From: an uncultured Clostridia bacterium
GTDB lineage: Bacteria; Bacillota; Clostridia; Christensenellales; UBA1242
NCBI GenBank assembly: GCA_934754335.1
Contig: CAKVHY010000003.1
Span: 64,419 to 128,418, forward strand
Reading direction: 5' to 3'
DNA length: 64,000 nucleotides
Part shown: in pieces, positions 1-8,742 of the stretch
Position numbering within the stretch: position 1 is the first letter of the stretch
Layout of the letters: each line of letters begins with the position of its first letter
Notes under the pieces: model-generated
Database searches by the model: none
What the model was told of the DNA's origin: nothing
Seen by the model: the letters and a program-made list of their open reading frames with translations, nothing else
Position numbers and translations under genes: made by a program

Positions 1-578
1 ATCATAGTATATGAATGATTATGCGAGCCGGCAATCTGCCAACCATTCAATCCAAGGTTTGCAATGAAGCAAACTCCAAAGTAGATAAATATACACAAGC
101 AAACCCAAGAAATATATTTCTTTTGCGGCTTAAACCAGCGTGCTGAAATCATAAGCAATGGAACAAGCGTAATCAACAAATGATCTATCCAAAAGTTTAG
201 TGTTACAATTGAATACCACATGGAGTTTTCAACATCAGAAACATACGATACAAATGTGGACATCGCACATGGCATTGAGAAGTAAAATAGATACTGTCTG
301 CCAAGTTCGTTTTTCTTTATTAAACAAAGTGGTAGCAAAATAAAATTAAAATTGCAAACTTGAAACATCTGAATAAAAAAGTTTTCAAAATCTAATTGAG
401 TACCATAATGTGTTAAATGTAAAAATAGGATTCCAAACATACATAAAAAAACTGCCGAGTAAATCATAACACACTGAGTTTTATAACTTACTTTTGAAAT
501 AACAAACATTAAAGCAACAACGATTAGAACCGACACCAGTACCATAATTATATGTGCGGTCCCACCAATGGTCATCAT
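1..578 (-). CDS. polytopic integral membrane protein with its 3' end outside the window (possibly TIGR02206/YwaF-like)
   Basis: This ORF is absent from the supplied track because its stop lies beyond the left edge. I checked the frame triplet by triplet and found no stop from 578 down to 1. The ATGATG start at 578 is preceded by the SD AGGGGAAAGG (581-590, minus strand). The translation MMTIGGTAHIIMVLVSVLIVVALMFVISK... is strongly hydrophobic. Confidence 0.6.
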   Translation of the reverse strand, partial: MMTIGGTAHIIMVLVSVLIVVALMFVISKVSYKTQCVMIYSAVFLCMFGILFLHLTHYGTQLDFENFFIQMFQVCNFNFILLPLCLIKKNELGRQYLFYFSMPCAMSTFVSYVSDVENSMWYSIVTLNFWIDHLLITLVPLLMISARWFKPQKKYISWVCLCIFIYFGVCFIANLGLNGWQIAGSHNHSYTM

Positions 579-763
579 AACCTTTCCCCTAACAACTCTA
601 ATTTAGACTTGAAAACTTAGTGGTTAAAGTTTTGTCACAAGTATGCTATAAGTTTAACAAATAAAATTTATATTGTCAAAAACATAAATATAAATAATTT
701 TATTTAATACAAACTTAATAAATTTTGACAACTTCTCATTTAAGTGATATATTTGAAATTAAT

Positions 764-1465
764 ATGAAATGTTTAAATAAGAATCATCTAAAAATAATAG
801 GTCTAATTTCAATGACAATTGACCATATAGGTTTGCTACTCTTTCCCGATATTTTAATCCTTAGAATATTGGGACGTCTAGCATTTCCAATCTTCGCATT
901 TTGCATTGCCGATGGTCTGAAACACACCCGCAGTATAAAACGATATATTTTACTGCTTTTTATATTTGCAATCATTTCTCAAATTCCATATCATTTTATT
1001 TTTCAGCCACAAGTGAAACTTAACATTTTATTTACATTCTTAATTGGCATTGCATTTATTTTATCGTTAAATAAGATTGGTGCTAACGGCAATATTTCAA
1101 ATAAATTTTTAGCAATTGTATTTTTGATTCTACTCAGCACTCTTTGTATAGTTGATTTATATTTAAGAATTATTGAGTATTCTTTATTTGGAGTTTTATT
1201 AGTTGTCACTTTTTATTATTTAGATTACAACAAGATTTCGTCTTACTTAACGCCCACTATTCTTATATTGCTAATGACACTTTATAATTTACTAATTTAT
1301 TCATTCAACTTTCATAATAGCATTTACATCTTTGCATTACTTGCACTACCCTTAATTTATTTTTACAATAACGAAAAAGGCAAATTTAATATAAAATATT
1401 TATTCTACATTTTTTATCCAACGCATTTATTATTACTATATTTAATAAAAATAACGTGTTTTTAA
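764..1465 (+). CDS. TraX family membrane protein
   Basis: The N-terminus LKIIGLISMTIDHIGLLLFP matches the TraX-family signature and the protein is polytopic and hydrophobic. I prefer the ATG at 764 over the TTG at 725 given in the track. Confidence 0.7.
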   Translation: MKCLNKNHLKIIGLISMTIDHIGLLLFPDILILRILGRLAFPIFAFCIADGLKHTRSIKRYILLLFIFAIISQIPYHFIFQPQVKLNILFTFLIGIAFILSLNKIGANGNISNKFLAIVFLILLSTLCIVDLYLRIIEYSLFGVLLVVTFYYLDYNKISSYLTPTILILLMTLYNLLIYSFNFHNSIYIFALLALPLIYFYNNEKGKFNIKYLFYIFYPTHLLLLYLIKITCF

Positions 1466-1482
1466 TAAACACGTTTTTTATT
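1453..1482 (+). terminator. rho-independent terminator after the TraX gene
   Basis: The hairpin AACGTGTTT/AAACACGTT is followed by TTTTTTATTT. Confidence 0.6.
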
Positions 1483-1570
1483 TGCATAATACATATTTAT
1501 GTTAAAAACATATTAGATATTGTCAACATTCTTTAATATATTGTCAATATAATATATTTACATGACATTT

Positions 1571-1827
1571 TTACTTATCATTATTTATATACTTTATTAC
1601 AAAGAAATACGCTAATATTGCAAGCACAAAACAAATACCTAAAACAATAAATACTATTATTGTGAAAGTATCTATGGCTTAATTTCATCTAATTTTCATA
1701 AACGCAAAAGCCACCGATAAACACACGGAATATTAGTTCTTACAAATGATAAACTTGTTCTCACTCCTGCCAGTTCAGTTCTTTTTATTGCCAAATTTAA
1801 AGTACTAAAATTATCATCATTTTTCAT
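1571..1827 (-). pseudogene. DUF202/YidH-like small membrane protein gene broken by two frameshifts
   Basis: The SD GGGGAGAGG plus an ATG at 1827 gives MKNDDNFSTLNLAIKRTELAGVRTSLSFVRTN, which contains the DUF202 RTxLAxxRTxL motif, and then hits a stop. The expected TM1 (LIFRVFIGGFCVY) and TM2 (IDTFTIIVFIVLGICFVLAILAYFFVIKY, stop at 1571) continue in the other two frames. Confidence 0.5.
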
Positions 1828-1914
1828 AAAACCTCTCCCCTAAAATTAGTTTTTAAAATTAATAGAATATTATTTATATTAAAAATAAATTTTAAAATCT
1901 ATTGAAAAAAATCC

Positions 1915-1943
1915 TTGAAATATATAATCATATGTGCTATAAT
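1915..1943 (+). promoter_or_regulatory. sigma-A type promoter for mscL
   Basis: TTGAAA (1915-1920) is separated by a 17-nt spacer from TATAAT (1938-1943), about 35 nt upstream of the mscL SD AAGGAG. Confidence 0.6.
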
Positions 1944-1976
1944 ATCCGTACTTAAAAAGCAAAAGAAGGAGAAACT

Positions 1977-2615
1977 ATGAAAAAATTTTTTAATGATTTT
2001 AAAAAATTTATAAGCCGTGGAAATATTGTTGATATGGCAGTCGGCGTTATTATTGGTAGTGCTTTCAGTGCAATTGTTACAGCCTTCACAAATAAAATTA
2101 TCATGCCATTTATCAACCTATTACTATCTATCGGCGGAACAAATGGTCTTGAAACTGCGTACACCGTTTTGAAAGCAGTTTACTTAGAAGATGGTACTCT
2201 GGATTTAACAAAATCTATCTACATTGATTGGGGTGCATTTATAACGGCAATTATCAATTTCTTTATTATTGCATTCACATTATTCCTTATCTTGAAAGTT
2301 GCTATGAAGAGTAGCGAAATGTTTAAGAAAGGAGTTGATGATCTTCAAAATTCTAGAATCACAAGAGGCGAAAAGAAACAACTTGTTGCCAACGGAGTTG
2401 ATTTAAAAGACCACCGTGCAGTTAAAGTTGCTATTGTTAAATTAAGAGAAGAAAACGCAAGAATTGAAAAAGAAAAGAAAGAAAAAGAAGATTTGGAATT
2501 CAAACTTGCTCACCCTACTCAAGAAGACTTATTGAAAGAAATCAGAGATTTGCTTAAAGAAAATAACAAATCTAAAGATGAAAAGTCAGAAGAAAAATCT
2601 GAAGAAAATAAATAA
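1977..2615 (+). CDS. mscL: large-conductance mechanosensitive channel MscL with a long charged C-terminal extension
   Basis: The N-terminus FKKFISRGNIVDMAVGVIIGSAFSAIVTAF is the canonical MscL TM1 region, and the SD AAGGAGA lies upstream. At 212 aa it is much longer than typical MscL (about 130-150 aa) because of a K/E-rich tail. Confidence 0.9.
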   Translation: MKKFFNDFKKFISRGNIVDMAVGVIIGSAFSAIVTAFTNKIIMPFINLLLSIGGTNGLETAYTVLKAVYLEDGTLDLTKSIYIDWGAFITAIINFFIIAFTLFLILKVAMKSSEMFKKGVDDLQNSRITRGEKKQLVANGVDLKDHRAVKVAIVKLREENARIEKEKKEKEDLEFKLAHPTQEDLLKEIRDLLKENNKSKDEKSEEKSEENK

Positions 2616-2639
2616 GTTGTAATTAAATTTTACATATAA

Positions 2640-2677
2640 AAAATATCACGTTTAATTTAATCGTGATATTTTTTATT
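2640..2677. terminator. bidirectional terminator between convergent mscL and the cls-like gene
   Basis: The hairpin AATATCACG/CGTGATATT is flanked by an A-run on one side and a T-run on the other. Confidence 0.7.
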
Positions 2678-2683
2678 ATTCAA

Positions 2684-4210
2684 TTATAAAACTGGCCAAA
2701 TAAACTTCAATGCTCTTCCATAGAATTTTGTTAAAAATCCTGTTTGAGATAAATCCTTTATTGTAACCAAATGGCTATTCGTAATTAATGTTTCAGCAAC
2801 ACTCTTCAACTTCTCATTAATCTCCAAATTATTAATCACCAAACAACCCATTTCAAAGTTGTTATTTAAATTCCTAAAATCTAATAAGCCACCGCCAATC
2901 ATTGCAATGCTATCATCAATCAATACAAATTGTTTCATCAAAATATTATTCTCATATTGATAAACCCTAATTCTATCTTTAACCAAACTTTCAATGTTTG
3001 CAAGGCTGATTGCACGTTGCCATTGTTTATCAGTTTTATCTGAAATAATCATTTTTATTTCAACACCATTTTTACTACACAACTTTAATGCATTTATAAC
3101 TTCATCATCTATGGCTAAATATGGAGTTATAATCAATATCGAATTTTTGGCTGAATAAATTGTGTTTAAAAGATTTGTTTTAGCCAACTTATCTTTATAG
3201 AAAGGTGCTGTTCCAAATGATTGTACAAATGATTTATTTTTAGTTTTATAACTTAAGTTCTTTTTATAATCTTCTAATTTATATGATTCTTTTGTGAACA
3301 ATTGCATGTAAGTGAAATATAATACAATCAAACTCCAAACGCCATCACCCACAATTTTCAACCCGTCACCGTTCTTGGCTTTAGGTAAATCGTTATTTAT
3401 AAACTCGTCTTTTATTGCCACTGTTGAAACATATGCTACGTCACTATCAATAATTATCAAGTTTTTTCTATCTCTACAATACGTAAATGAAGTTGAGAAT
3501 AATTTAAGTTTATTAAACTTTACTGTTTTGATTCCATGATTTCCAAGTTTTCTAAAAACTTTCTTATCTTTGAAACCATTCAAACAACCTTTTTCATCAT
3601 AAAGCAATGTAATACTAACTCCTTGCATTGCTTTTGTTTTCAAAACTTCAAATAAATTCTTCCAAGCATCGCCATCTTTAATACTATCTAATTCTAATAA
3701 AATTGATGACTTTGCATTTTTTATATCTTTACAAATATTATTTAATAACAATTCAGCATTATCAAAATATTCGCAATTACTTTTTGAATATAATGGCATA
3801 TTAGTTGTTGCCAACAAATACTTGCTTAGTTTAACCGCTTCCGGACTAACCTTTCCAAGTTCATCTAGAGTTTTAACAGTTGGTTCAAATCTCTCAGCAT
3901 TTTCATGATTTATTTTACGCCATTTCATTCTAAAAGATTTAGTTCCACGCTTTGCTTTTGTAAAACAATATTGTACATACGCAACCAATGGCAAGAACAA
4001 GAAAATCAGCGATAGAACCAATTTGTAATTGGACGTTGCAATATTATCGTGACCAAACAGCAAAAACAATATTGCTGATAATATACAAACACCAATATAG
4101 ATAAATATGTTCAAAAAGATTGCTGTTAAAACCATGATAGCAATATTCACAATCAATGAACAAAGCAATATTAATTTTCTAGAACGTATAAAATTTATAA
4201 ATTTCTTCAT
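2684..4210 (-). CDS. cardiolipin synthase-like (two PLD-type domains) membrane protein with degenerate HKD motifs
   Basis: It has N-terminal TM helices and two PLD-like repeats laid out as in Cls. At the expected HxK(x)4D positions it reads CRDRKNLIIIDSDVAYV and ILMKQFVLIDDSIAMIGG, so neither site has a histidine. Confidence 0.55.
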   Translation of the reverse strand: MKKFINFIRSRKLILLCSLIVNIAIMVLTAIFLNIFIYIGVCILSAILFLLFGHDNIATSNYKLVLSLIFLFLPLVAYVQYCFTKAKRGTKSFRMKWRKINHENAERFEPTVKTLDELGKVSPEAVKLSKYLLATTNMPLYSKSNCEYFDNAELLLNNICKDIKNAKSSILLELDSIKDGDAWKNLFEVLKTKAMQGVSITLLYDEKGCLNGFKDKKVFRKLGNHGIKTVKFNKLKLFSTSFTYCRDRKNLIIIDSDVAYVSTVAIKDEFINNDLPKAKNGDGLKIVGDGVWSLIVLYFTYMQLFTKESYKLEDYKKNLSYKTKNKSFVQSFGTAPFYKDKLAKTNLLNTIYSAKNSILIITPYLAIDDEVINALKLCSKNGVEIKMIISDKTDKQWQRAISLANIESLVKDRIRVYQYENNILMKQFVLIDDSIAMIGGGLLDFRNLNNNFEMGCLVINNLEINEKLKSVAETLITNSHLVTIKDLSQTGFLTKFYGRALKFIWPVL

Positions 4211-4317
4211 CTTTAAACCTAAATAAATGATAACATAAATTCAATAATTTTTCAATACTAATTGCAAAATTATTTTACTTTTCCACTTTTCATTAACACA
4301 TTATTTAGGCAAAATTA

Positions 4318-5433
4318 TCAATCTATTGCAGAATGAACCTTTGCTTCATGCTGAGTGTCGCTTGCTCCTATTCTTCTCTTTTTATAATATTCTGAATCTT
4401 TATAGAAGTTATCCCCGTCCTGACTTTGGAAATATACTCCCACAACTTTATTGTTTTTATATTTTAATAATGAATAAGCAGCCCTTCTTCTAGCACCACC
4501 AACAATCTTTTCAGTATCTTTAACATTACTCTCGATAAACACGTTATATGCCAATATTCTTCCAGCGTTATCAACAACTGTAATGCCATCGTAATTTAGC
4601 ATCGTAACGATTAAATCAACGTAACTAGATAGTTTAAACTCTTTGAAATTTTTACTTTGCAAGAATAGTTTGCCAAGTTCGATTGGTTCTTTTAGCCAAG
4701 TGCCATCTTTTAAGAAACCCTTTTTATCAGCAAATTCCTTATCAACCACTAAGCAAATGGTTCCATGCAGGCCTTTAAACATTGAATAAAATATATTATA
4801 ATAAATATTCTTAATATCTTGTTGTTTTTTCATAGAACGAGTTGGAATTTTCTGAACACAAGCGTTAACGAATTTTATAATATTTGCTTCCCATTCATAT
4901 TCAACTGAGCCGGACAAATTAAAGCAAATACTAGTTTTATTTCCTTTAACGCCACGAAGAATAATCAAACCGCCAGAAACAACATCTATACTAATCAAAT
5001 TCAATTTTGCTTCCAACGCTTCCCTTTTATCGTTGAAAATCAATGTGTTTAAAGACTTATCTTTAATTGAATTTAAAACCTTAACCAAGCCATACTCCAC
5101 TTCACTATCAGACGAATATGAAATATAAATTTGCCAATTGTTTCTACAAAAACACATCAATGCTTTAATACGTTGTTTAAAATTTGAACCGTCAACATCT
5201 TTATACATTGAAATTTTATAACAATTCGGAATTATTTTAACAATACCATTGATATTACTGGTTATATAAAGATTGGGTCTGATTTTCACACCCTCTTCTT
5301 CATAATTACTCAAATGATAAAAGTAATTAATAAATCTATTAAGTTCTATCTCTTTTAAAGAAGGAAATTCCACGCCAAAGAATTCACTTATTGAACTTTT
5401 TGCACCTTCAAAATAAATATTATTAACTGCCAT
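4318..5433 (-). CDS. DAC (DisA_N)-like domain protein with an N-terminal uncharacterised (sensor-like) region
   Basis: The C-terminal third aligns by eye to the diadenylate cyclase fold: HGTICLVVDKE (GALIV-like), DGITVVDNAGRILAYNVFIE (DGA box) and VGGARRRAAYSL (GTRHRAA box). Confidence 0.45.
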   Translation of the reverse strand: MAVNNIYFEGAKSSISEFFGVEFPSLKEIELNRFINYFYHLSNYEEEGVKIRPNLYITSNINGIVKIIPNCYKISMYKDVDGSNFKQRIKALMCFCRNNWQIYISYSSDSEVEYGLVKVLNSIKDKSLNTLIFNDKREALEAKLNLISIDVVSGGLIILRGVKGNKTSICFNLSGSVEYEWEANIIKFVNACVQKIPTRSMKKQQDIKNIYYNIFYSMFKGLHGTICLVVDKEFADKKGFLKDGTWLKEPIELGKLFLQSKNFKEFKLSSYVDLIVTMLNYDGITVVDNAGRILAYNVFIESNVKDTEKIVGGARRRAAYSLLKYKNNKVVGVYFQSQDGDNFYKDSEYYKKRRIGASDTQHEAKVHSAID

Positions 5434-5461
5434 TATTTGAATCCCCCTAGTAAACTAAAAA

Positions 5462-5884
5462 CTACATATTTTTCAAAACGTCAGAAACTGTTTTCATATC
5501 ACATTTTCCATTGTAATTTGATTTAAAATATCTCATTACGCTTGGAACTGTTTTATCTTCTAATCCCTCTATTATTTTACGTATTTCTTCCGCACTTAGA
5601 AGGCTTGGAAGATATTTTTCCAAAAGTTTCTTTTGGCTTTCAATATTTAAAGCCTCTTCTTGATTTCCAACCTTCTTATAATTATCTTCTTCTTCAGTTA
5701 GTTCTTTTATTGTTTTTTGAATTATCTTAACCATTTCAGCATCACCAATTTCTTTTCCAACTACTCTTGCTTCGATAGTTTGTTGCATATACTTACTCAT
5801 AATTATGCCATAAATCGCCCTTGCTGAAGCGTCTTTATCTTTCATTGCTTGAACATTTGCTTGTTTTATATCATCAATAATCAT
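5462..5884 (-). CDS. GatB/YqeY domain protein
   Basis: At 140 aa, IKQANVQAMKDKDASARAIYGII... and the overall layout are typical of YqeY. Confidence 0.8.
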   Translation of the reverse strand: MIIDDIKQANVQAMKDKDASARAIYGIIMSKYMQQTIEARVVGKEIGDAEMVKIIQKTIKELTEEEDNYKKVGNQEEALNIESQKKLLEKYLPSLLSAEEIRKIIEGLEDKTVPSVMRYFKSNYNGKCDMKTVSDVLKNM

Positions 5885-6139
5885 ATTCTAAAAATCTCCA
5901 ATTATATATCAAACTAATATTAGTATAAAATAAAAAAAAACTTTTTCCAAGTGTTTTCCCTTAATTTTAGGGATTTTTTTCAATTCTTTTTATGAAAATT
6001 TTTATGTAAATTATCACTTTTAACGATTTATAGTTACCAGTTTATTTTAAAAAACTGAAACCAAATTAAAAAATTTTAAATTTTTGCCTTTTATTATTGC
6101 TTTTTATTTTATTTTATGTTATCATTTCCCTAGTTGAAT

Positions 6140-6214
6140 GGCCCTATGGTCAAGCGGTCAAGACGCCACCCTCTCACGGTGGAATCAGGAGTTCGATTCT
6201 CCTTAGGGCTACCA
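6140..6214 (+). tRNA. tRNA-Glu (anticodon CTC) with encoded CCA
   Basis: It folds as a cloverleaf with acceptor GGCCCTA/TAGGGCT, an anticodon stem CCACC/GGTGG, loop CTCTCAC, a T-arm GGAGTTCGATTCTCC and a 3' ACCA. Confidence 0.9.
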
Positions 6215-6223
6215 AAGAAAAAA

Positions 6224-6256
6224 ACCTAAACCATATTCTGATTTAGGTCTTTTTTA
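6224..6256 (+). terminator. terminator after tRNA-Glu
   Basis: The hairpin ACCTAAA/TTTAGGT is followed by TCTTTTTTATT. Confidence 0.6.
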
Positions 6257-6311
6257 TTGCTTTTAATGTATAAATATACTAAATTTCAAATATTTATTAA
6301 TAGAAATCTGC

Positions 6312-6662
6312 TTACACAAAGCCCAAACTTATAAGCAATGCGTTATCAACAAGTCGCATTTTTAAAGTATCCACATATCCGATTTTTTCTCTCAATCTTC
6401 GTTTATCTAATGTACGTAATTGTTCTAATAAGACCACAGAATCTTTGGGTAATCCGTATTCTTTAGATGTAAGTTCAACGTGCGTTGGAATTTTAGCCTT
6501 ATTTATCTGACTTGTAATTGCAGCCACAATAATTGTTGGACTATATTTATTTCCAACATTATTCTGAATTACAAGCACAGGACGAACACCACCCTGTTCG
6601 CTACCAATAACAGGGCTTAGATCTGCATAATAAAGTTCACCTCTTCTATAAATATCTTCCAT
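6312..6662 (-). CDS. mazF: type II toxin MazF/PemK (EndoA/NdoA-like) endoribonuclease
   Basis: [46 protein letters not shown] is near-canonical for MazF/EndoA. Confidence 0.9.
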   Translation of the reverse strand: MEDIYRRGELYYADLSPVIGSEQGGVRPVLVIQNNVGNKYSPTIIVAAITSQINKAKIPTHVELTSKEYGLPKDSVVLLEQLRTLDKRRLREKIGYVDTLKMRLVDNALLISLGFV

Positions 6663-6888
6663 TCCTTAACCAATTTTCATACATATTACATTCATCAAAC
6701 GAATCAAACAAATACAAATCCTTATAAACCCTACCTTGCATTTTTAAATAGGCTTTATAACTCTGTTCATATTCTTCTTTCATTATATGAGCATTTTCTA
6801 TTAATTTGTGCTTTTCGTCTTCAACTGAATTGTTAAGATTATTAACATAATCTTCATATTTATTCTTAAGCGTTTCTAAATTTTTCAT
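6646..6888 (-). CDS. putative cognate antitoxin (non-canonical, acidic helical protein)
   Basis: It overlaps the mazF start by 17 nt. An SD GGAGAAA precedes the ATG at 6888. The sequence shows no obvious RHH or AbrB motif. Confidence 0.45.
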   Translation of the reverse strand: MKNLETLKNKYEDYVNNLNNSVEDEKHKLIENAHIMKEEYEQSYKAYLKMQGRVYKDLYLFDSFDECNMYENWLRNGRYL

Positions 6889-6958
6889 ATTTTCTCCATA
6901 AAAAAACCTTGCTACATTTAATATGTGCAAGGTTTAAGATAATATTTATAAATTTTTA

Positions 6959-7321
6959 TTATTGCATAACACAAACTGCTGTGCAAACATCATCAGTATG
7001 GCTAATATTAATTTGAACATCGCTAATTCCATATGTGGCAAGAACAATTTTAGCACCATCACTAAGCCTTATAAAAGGTTTGCCATTTTCATCATGTGCC
7101 ACTTCAATTTCATTTAAGGCAATGCCATTATTAAGACCAATACCTAAAGCCTTTAAAAAGGCTTCTTTAGCACAATATATTCCCGCCAAACTTTGCGTTT
7201 TTCTCATAGTTTGACTAACATACATTGCCTCATAAGGAGTAAAATACTTACCCAGAAAATGCTCATTCTGAATAAACTTTTCCATTCGCATAACATCTAA
7301 AATATCAATCCCAACTAGCAT
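6959..7321 (-). CDS. acpS: holo-[acyl-carrier-protein] synthase
   Basis: MLVGIDILDVMRMEKF..., FTPYE and AKEAFLKALG are AcpS hallmarks. About 120 aa. Confidence 0.85.
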   Translation of the reverse strand: MLVGIDILDVMRMEKFIQNEHFLGKYFTPYEAMYVSQTMRKTQSLAGIYCAKEAFLKALGIGLNNGIALNEIEVAHDENGKPFIRLSDGAKIVLATYGISDVQINISHTDDVCTAVCVMQ

Positions 7322-7937
7322 CTTCAAATCCGCCTTTTTTTATTTTATTTAAAACACTTTTTATATCATCGTAAGAAAATCCACGCATTGATAAAAACCT
7401 AGATAATTTTATATAATTTTCTTCCGTTGGTTCTTTTCTTTTCATATACTTTACAGCCAAATTATATATTATTTCATCATTATTGTCAATTTGTTTAAGG
7501 CTATCATCAATTATATTTTCTCCAACACCTTTTAACCTTAACTTTTCTTTTAATTTATATTCTCCATATTTAGACTTAAAAGTTTTTAAATACGCATCAG
7601 CATATGCTTGATCATCTAAAAAGTTATATTCTTTTAACTTATCTATAACATAGTCAACAGTTATTTTTTCATATCCCTTTTTATATAAATAATCTCTAAT
7701 TTGCTTAGTGGTTTTTAATGCGGATTGCATATATTTTGCAGTTTTATTCAGAGCAATAGTTTTTTCACTTTCAAGGACATATTCATCAAGAATCTCTTTT
7801 TCAATCTCCTTGCCTTCTTTTAATCCATGTCTAACGCAAACATCAATATATAAACCACAATAAAAGTCACCATCTAAAAAAATATTATATTTATCATCTC
7901 TTTTTTTCTGCTTTTCAATCTTTGTTATTTTTGCCAT
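7305..7937 (-). CDS. recX: RecX family recombination regulator
   Basis: It has repeated three-helix modules (TTKQIRDYLYKKGYEKITVDYVIDKLKEYNFLDDQAYADAY...). An SD GGAAGGTG precedes the ATG at 7937. Confidence 0.7.
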   Translation of the reverse strand: MAKITKIEKQKKRDDKYNIFLDGDFYCGLYIDVCVRHGLKEGKEIEKEILDEYVLESEKTIALNKTAKYMQSALKTTKQIRDYLYKKGYEKITVDYVIDKLKEYNFLDDQAYADAYLKTFKSKYGEYKLKEKLRLKGVGENIIDDSLKQIDNNDEIIYNLAVKYMKRKEPTEENYIKLSRFLSMRGFSYDDIKSVLNKIKKGGFEDASWD

Positions 7938-8550
7938 TTTCACCTTCCGCAATCATCTTTTTCCCTAAACTTATTATCTCACAATCACAATGATTTTTTA
8001 TTTCGGATATATCAGAATTCTCGTCTTTTACTCCAAAATTATAAGCGATTTTCCCGTCGTTTATCTCGCTAAAATCAACTCCAAACAATGTATAATTATG
8101 CATAAGTTTATCCATTAATTTTTTATTAGAGAAGTCTGTTTTAACTAAAAAGCATTCATATTCATTATAAACTTTAAATTCTGCCTTTTTTAGGACTTCC
8201 ACAGCCGAATTAGAATATGCTCTAGTTAATCCTCCAGCACCTAGTTTAACGCCCCCAAAGTACCTTACAACCGCAATTAGCACGTTAGTTAAATGTTGAT
8301 TCTTTATTACGTTTAAAATTGGCAGACCGGCTGTTCCGCTCGGCTCGCCGGCATCAGAGCACTTTTGAATTGTTGGACTAGATATTACATAACCAAAACA
8401 AATATGACTTGCATCTTTATGCTCTTTTTTTATTTCGGTTAATTTTTCTTTTACCTGGTCTTCATTAAATACAGCAAAAAGATAAGTATAAAATTTAGAC
8501 TTCTTTATTTCTATTAAATTCTGTTCATTACTTACGCATTTAAATTCCAT
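7915..8550 (-). CDS. YigZ/IMPACT (UPF0029) family protein
   Basis: The motifs KKSKFYTYLF, DAGEPSGTAGLPIL and VVRYFGGVKLGAGGLTRAY are present. Confidence 0.85.
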   Translation of the reverse strand: MEFKCVSNEQNLIEIKKSKFYTYLFAVFNEDQVKEKLTEIKKEHKDASHICFGYVISSPTIQKCSDAGEPSGTAGLPILNVIKNQHLTNVLIAVVRYFGGVKLGAGGLTRAYSNSAVEVLKKAEFKVYNEYECFLVKTDFSNKKLMDKLMHNYTLFGVDFSEINDGKIAYNFGVKDENSDISEIKNHCDCEIISLGKKMIAEGENGKNNKD

Positions 8551-8658
8551 TATAAATATTATATACCTATTAAGTTAATTTTCAAAGCGAATTTCTTTAT
8601 AAGTAAACTATCGAAAAATCGCTACTTTTCCCAATTATTTTAATTTTGTGATTAAAAA

Positions 8659-8690
8659 TTGTTTAAGAAATTAAATCTTTATGTTATAAT
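8659..8690 (+). promoter_or_regulatory. extended -10 promoter for the NifU-like/GGGtGRT operon
   Basis: TGTTATAAT lies at 8682-8690. Its position argues against the TTG 8659 start in the ORF track. Confidence 0.45.
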
Positions 8691-8742
8691 AATTTTGCCT
8701 GAACAAAATAAGGCATATACTAAATTTAATTGGAGAGATTTT

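Noticed and set aside
5885-6139. I inspected the AT-rich 255-bp spacer upstream of tRNA-Glu and yqeY for a riboswitch or small gene.
   Set aside because: It contains only a short hairpin (TCCCTTAATTTTAGGGA) and homopolymer runs. I could recognise no conserved riboswitch core or SD-preceded ORF.
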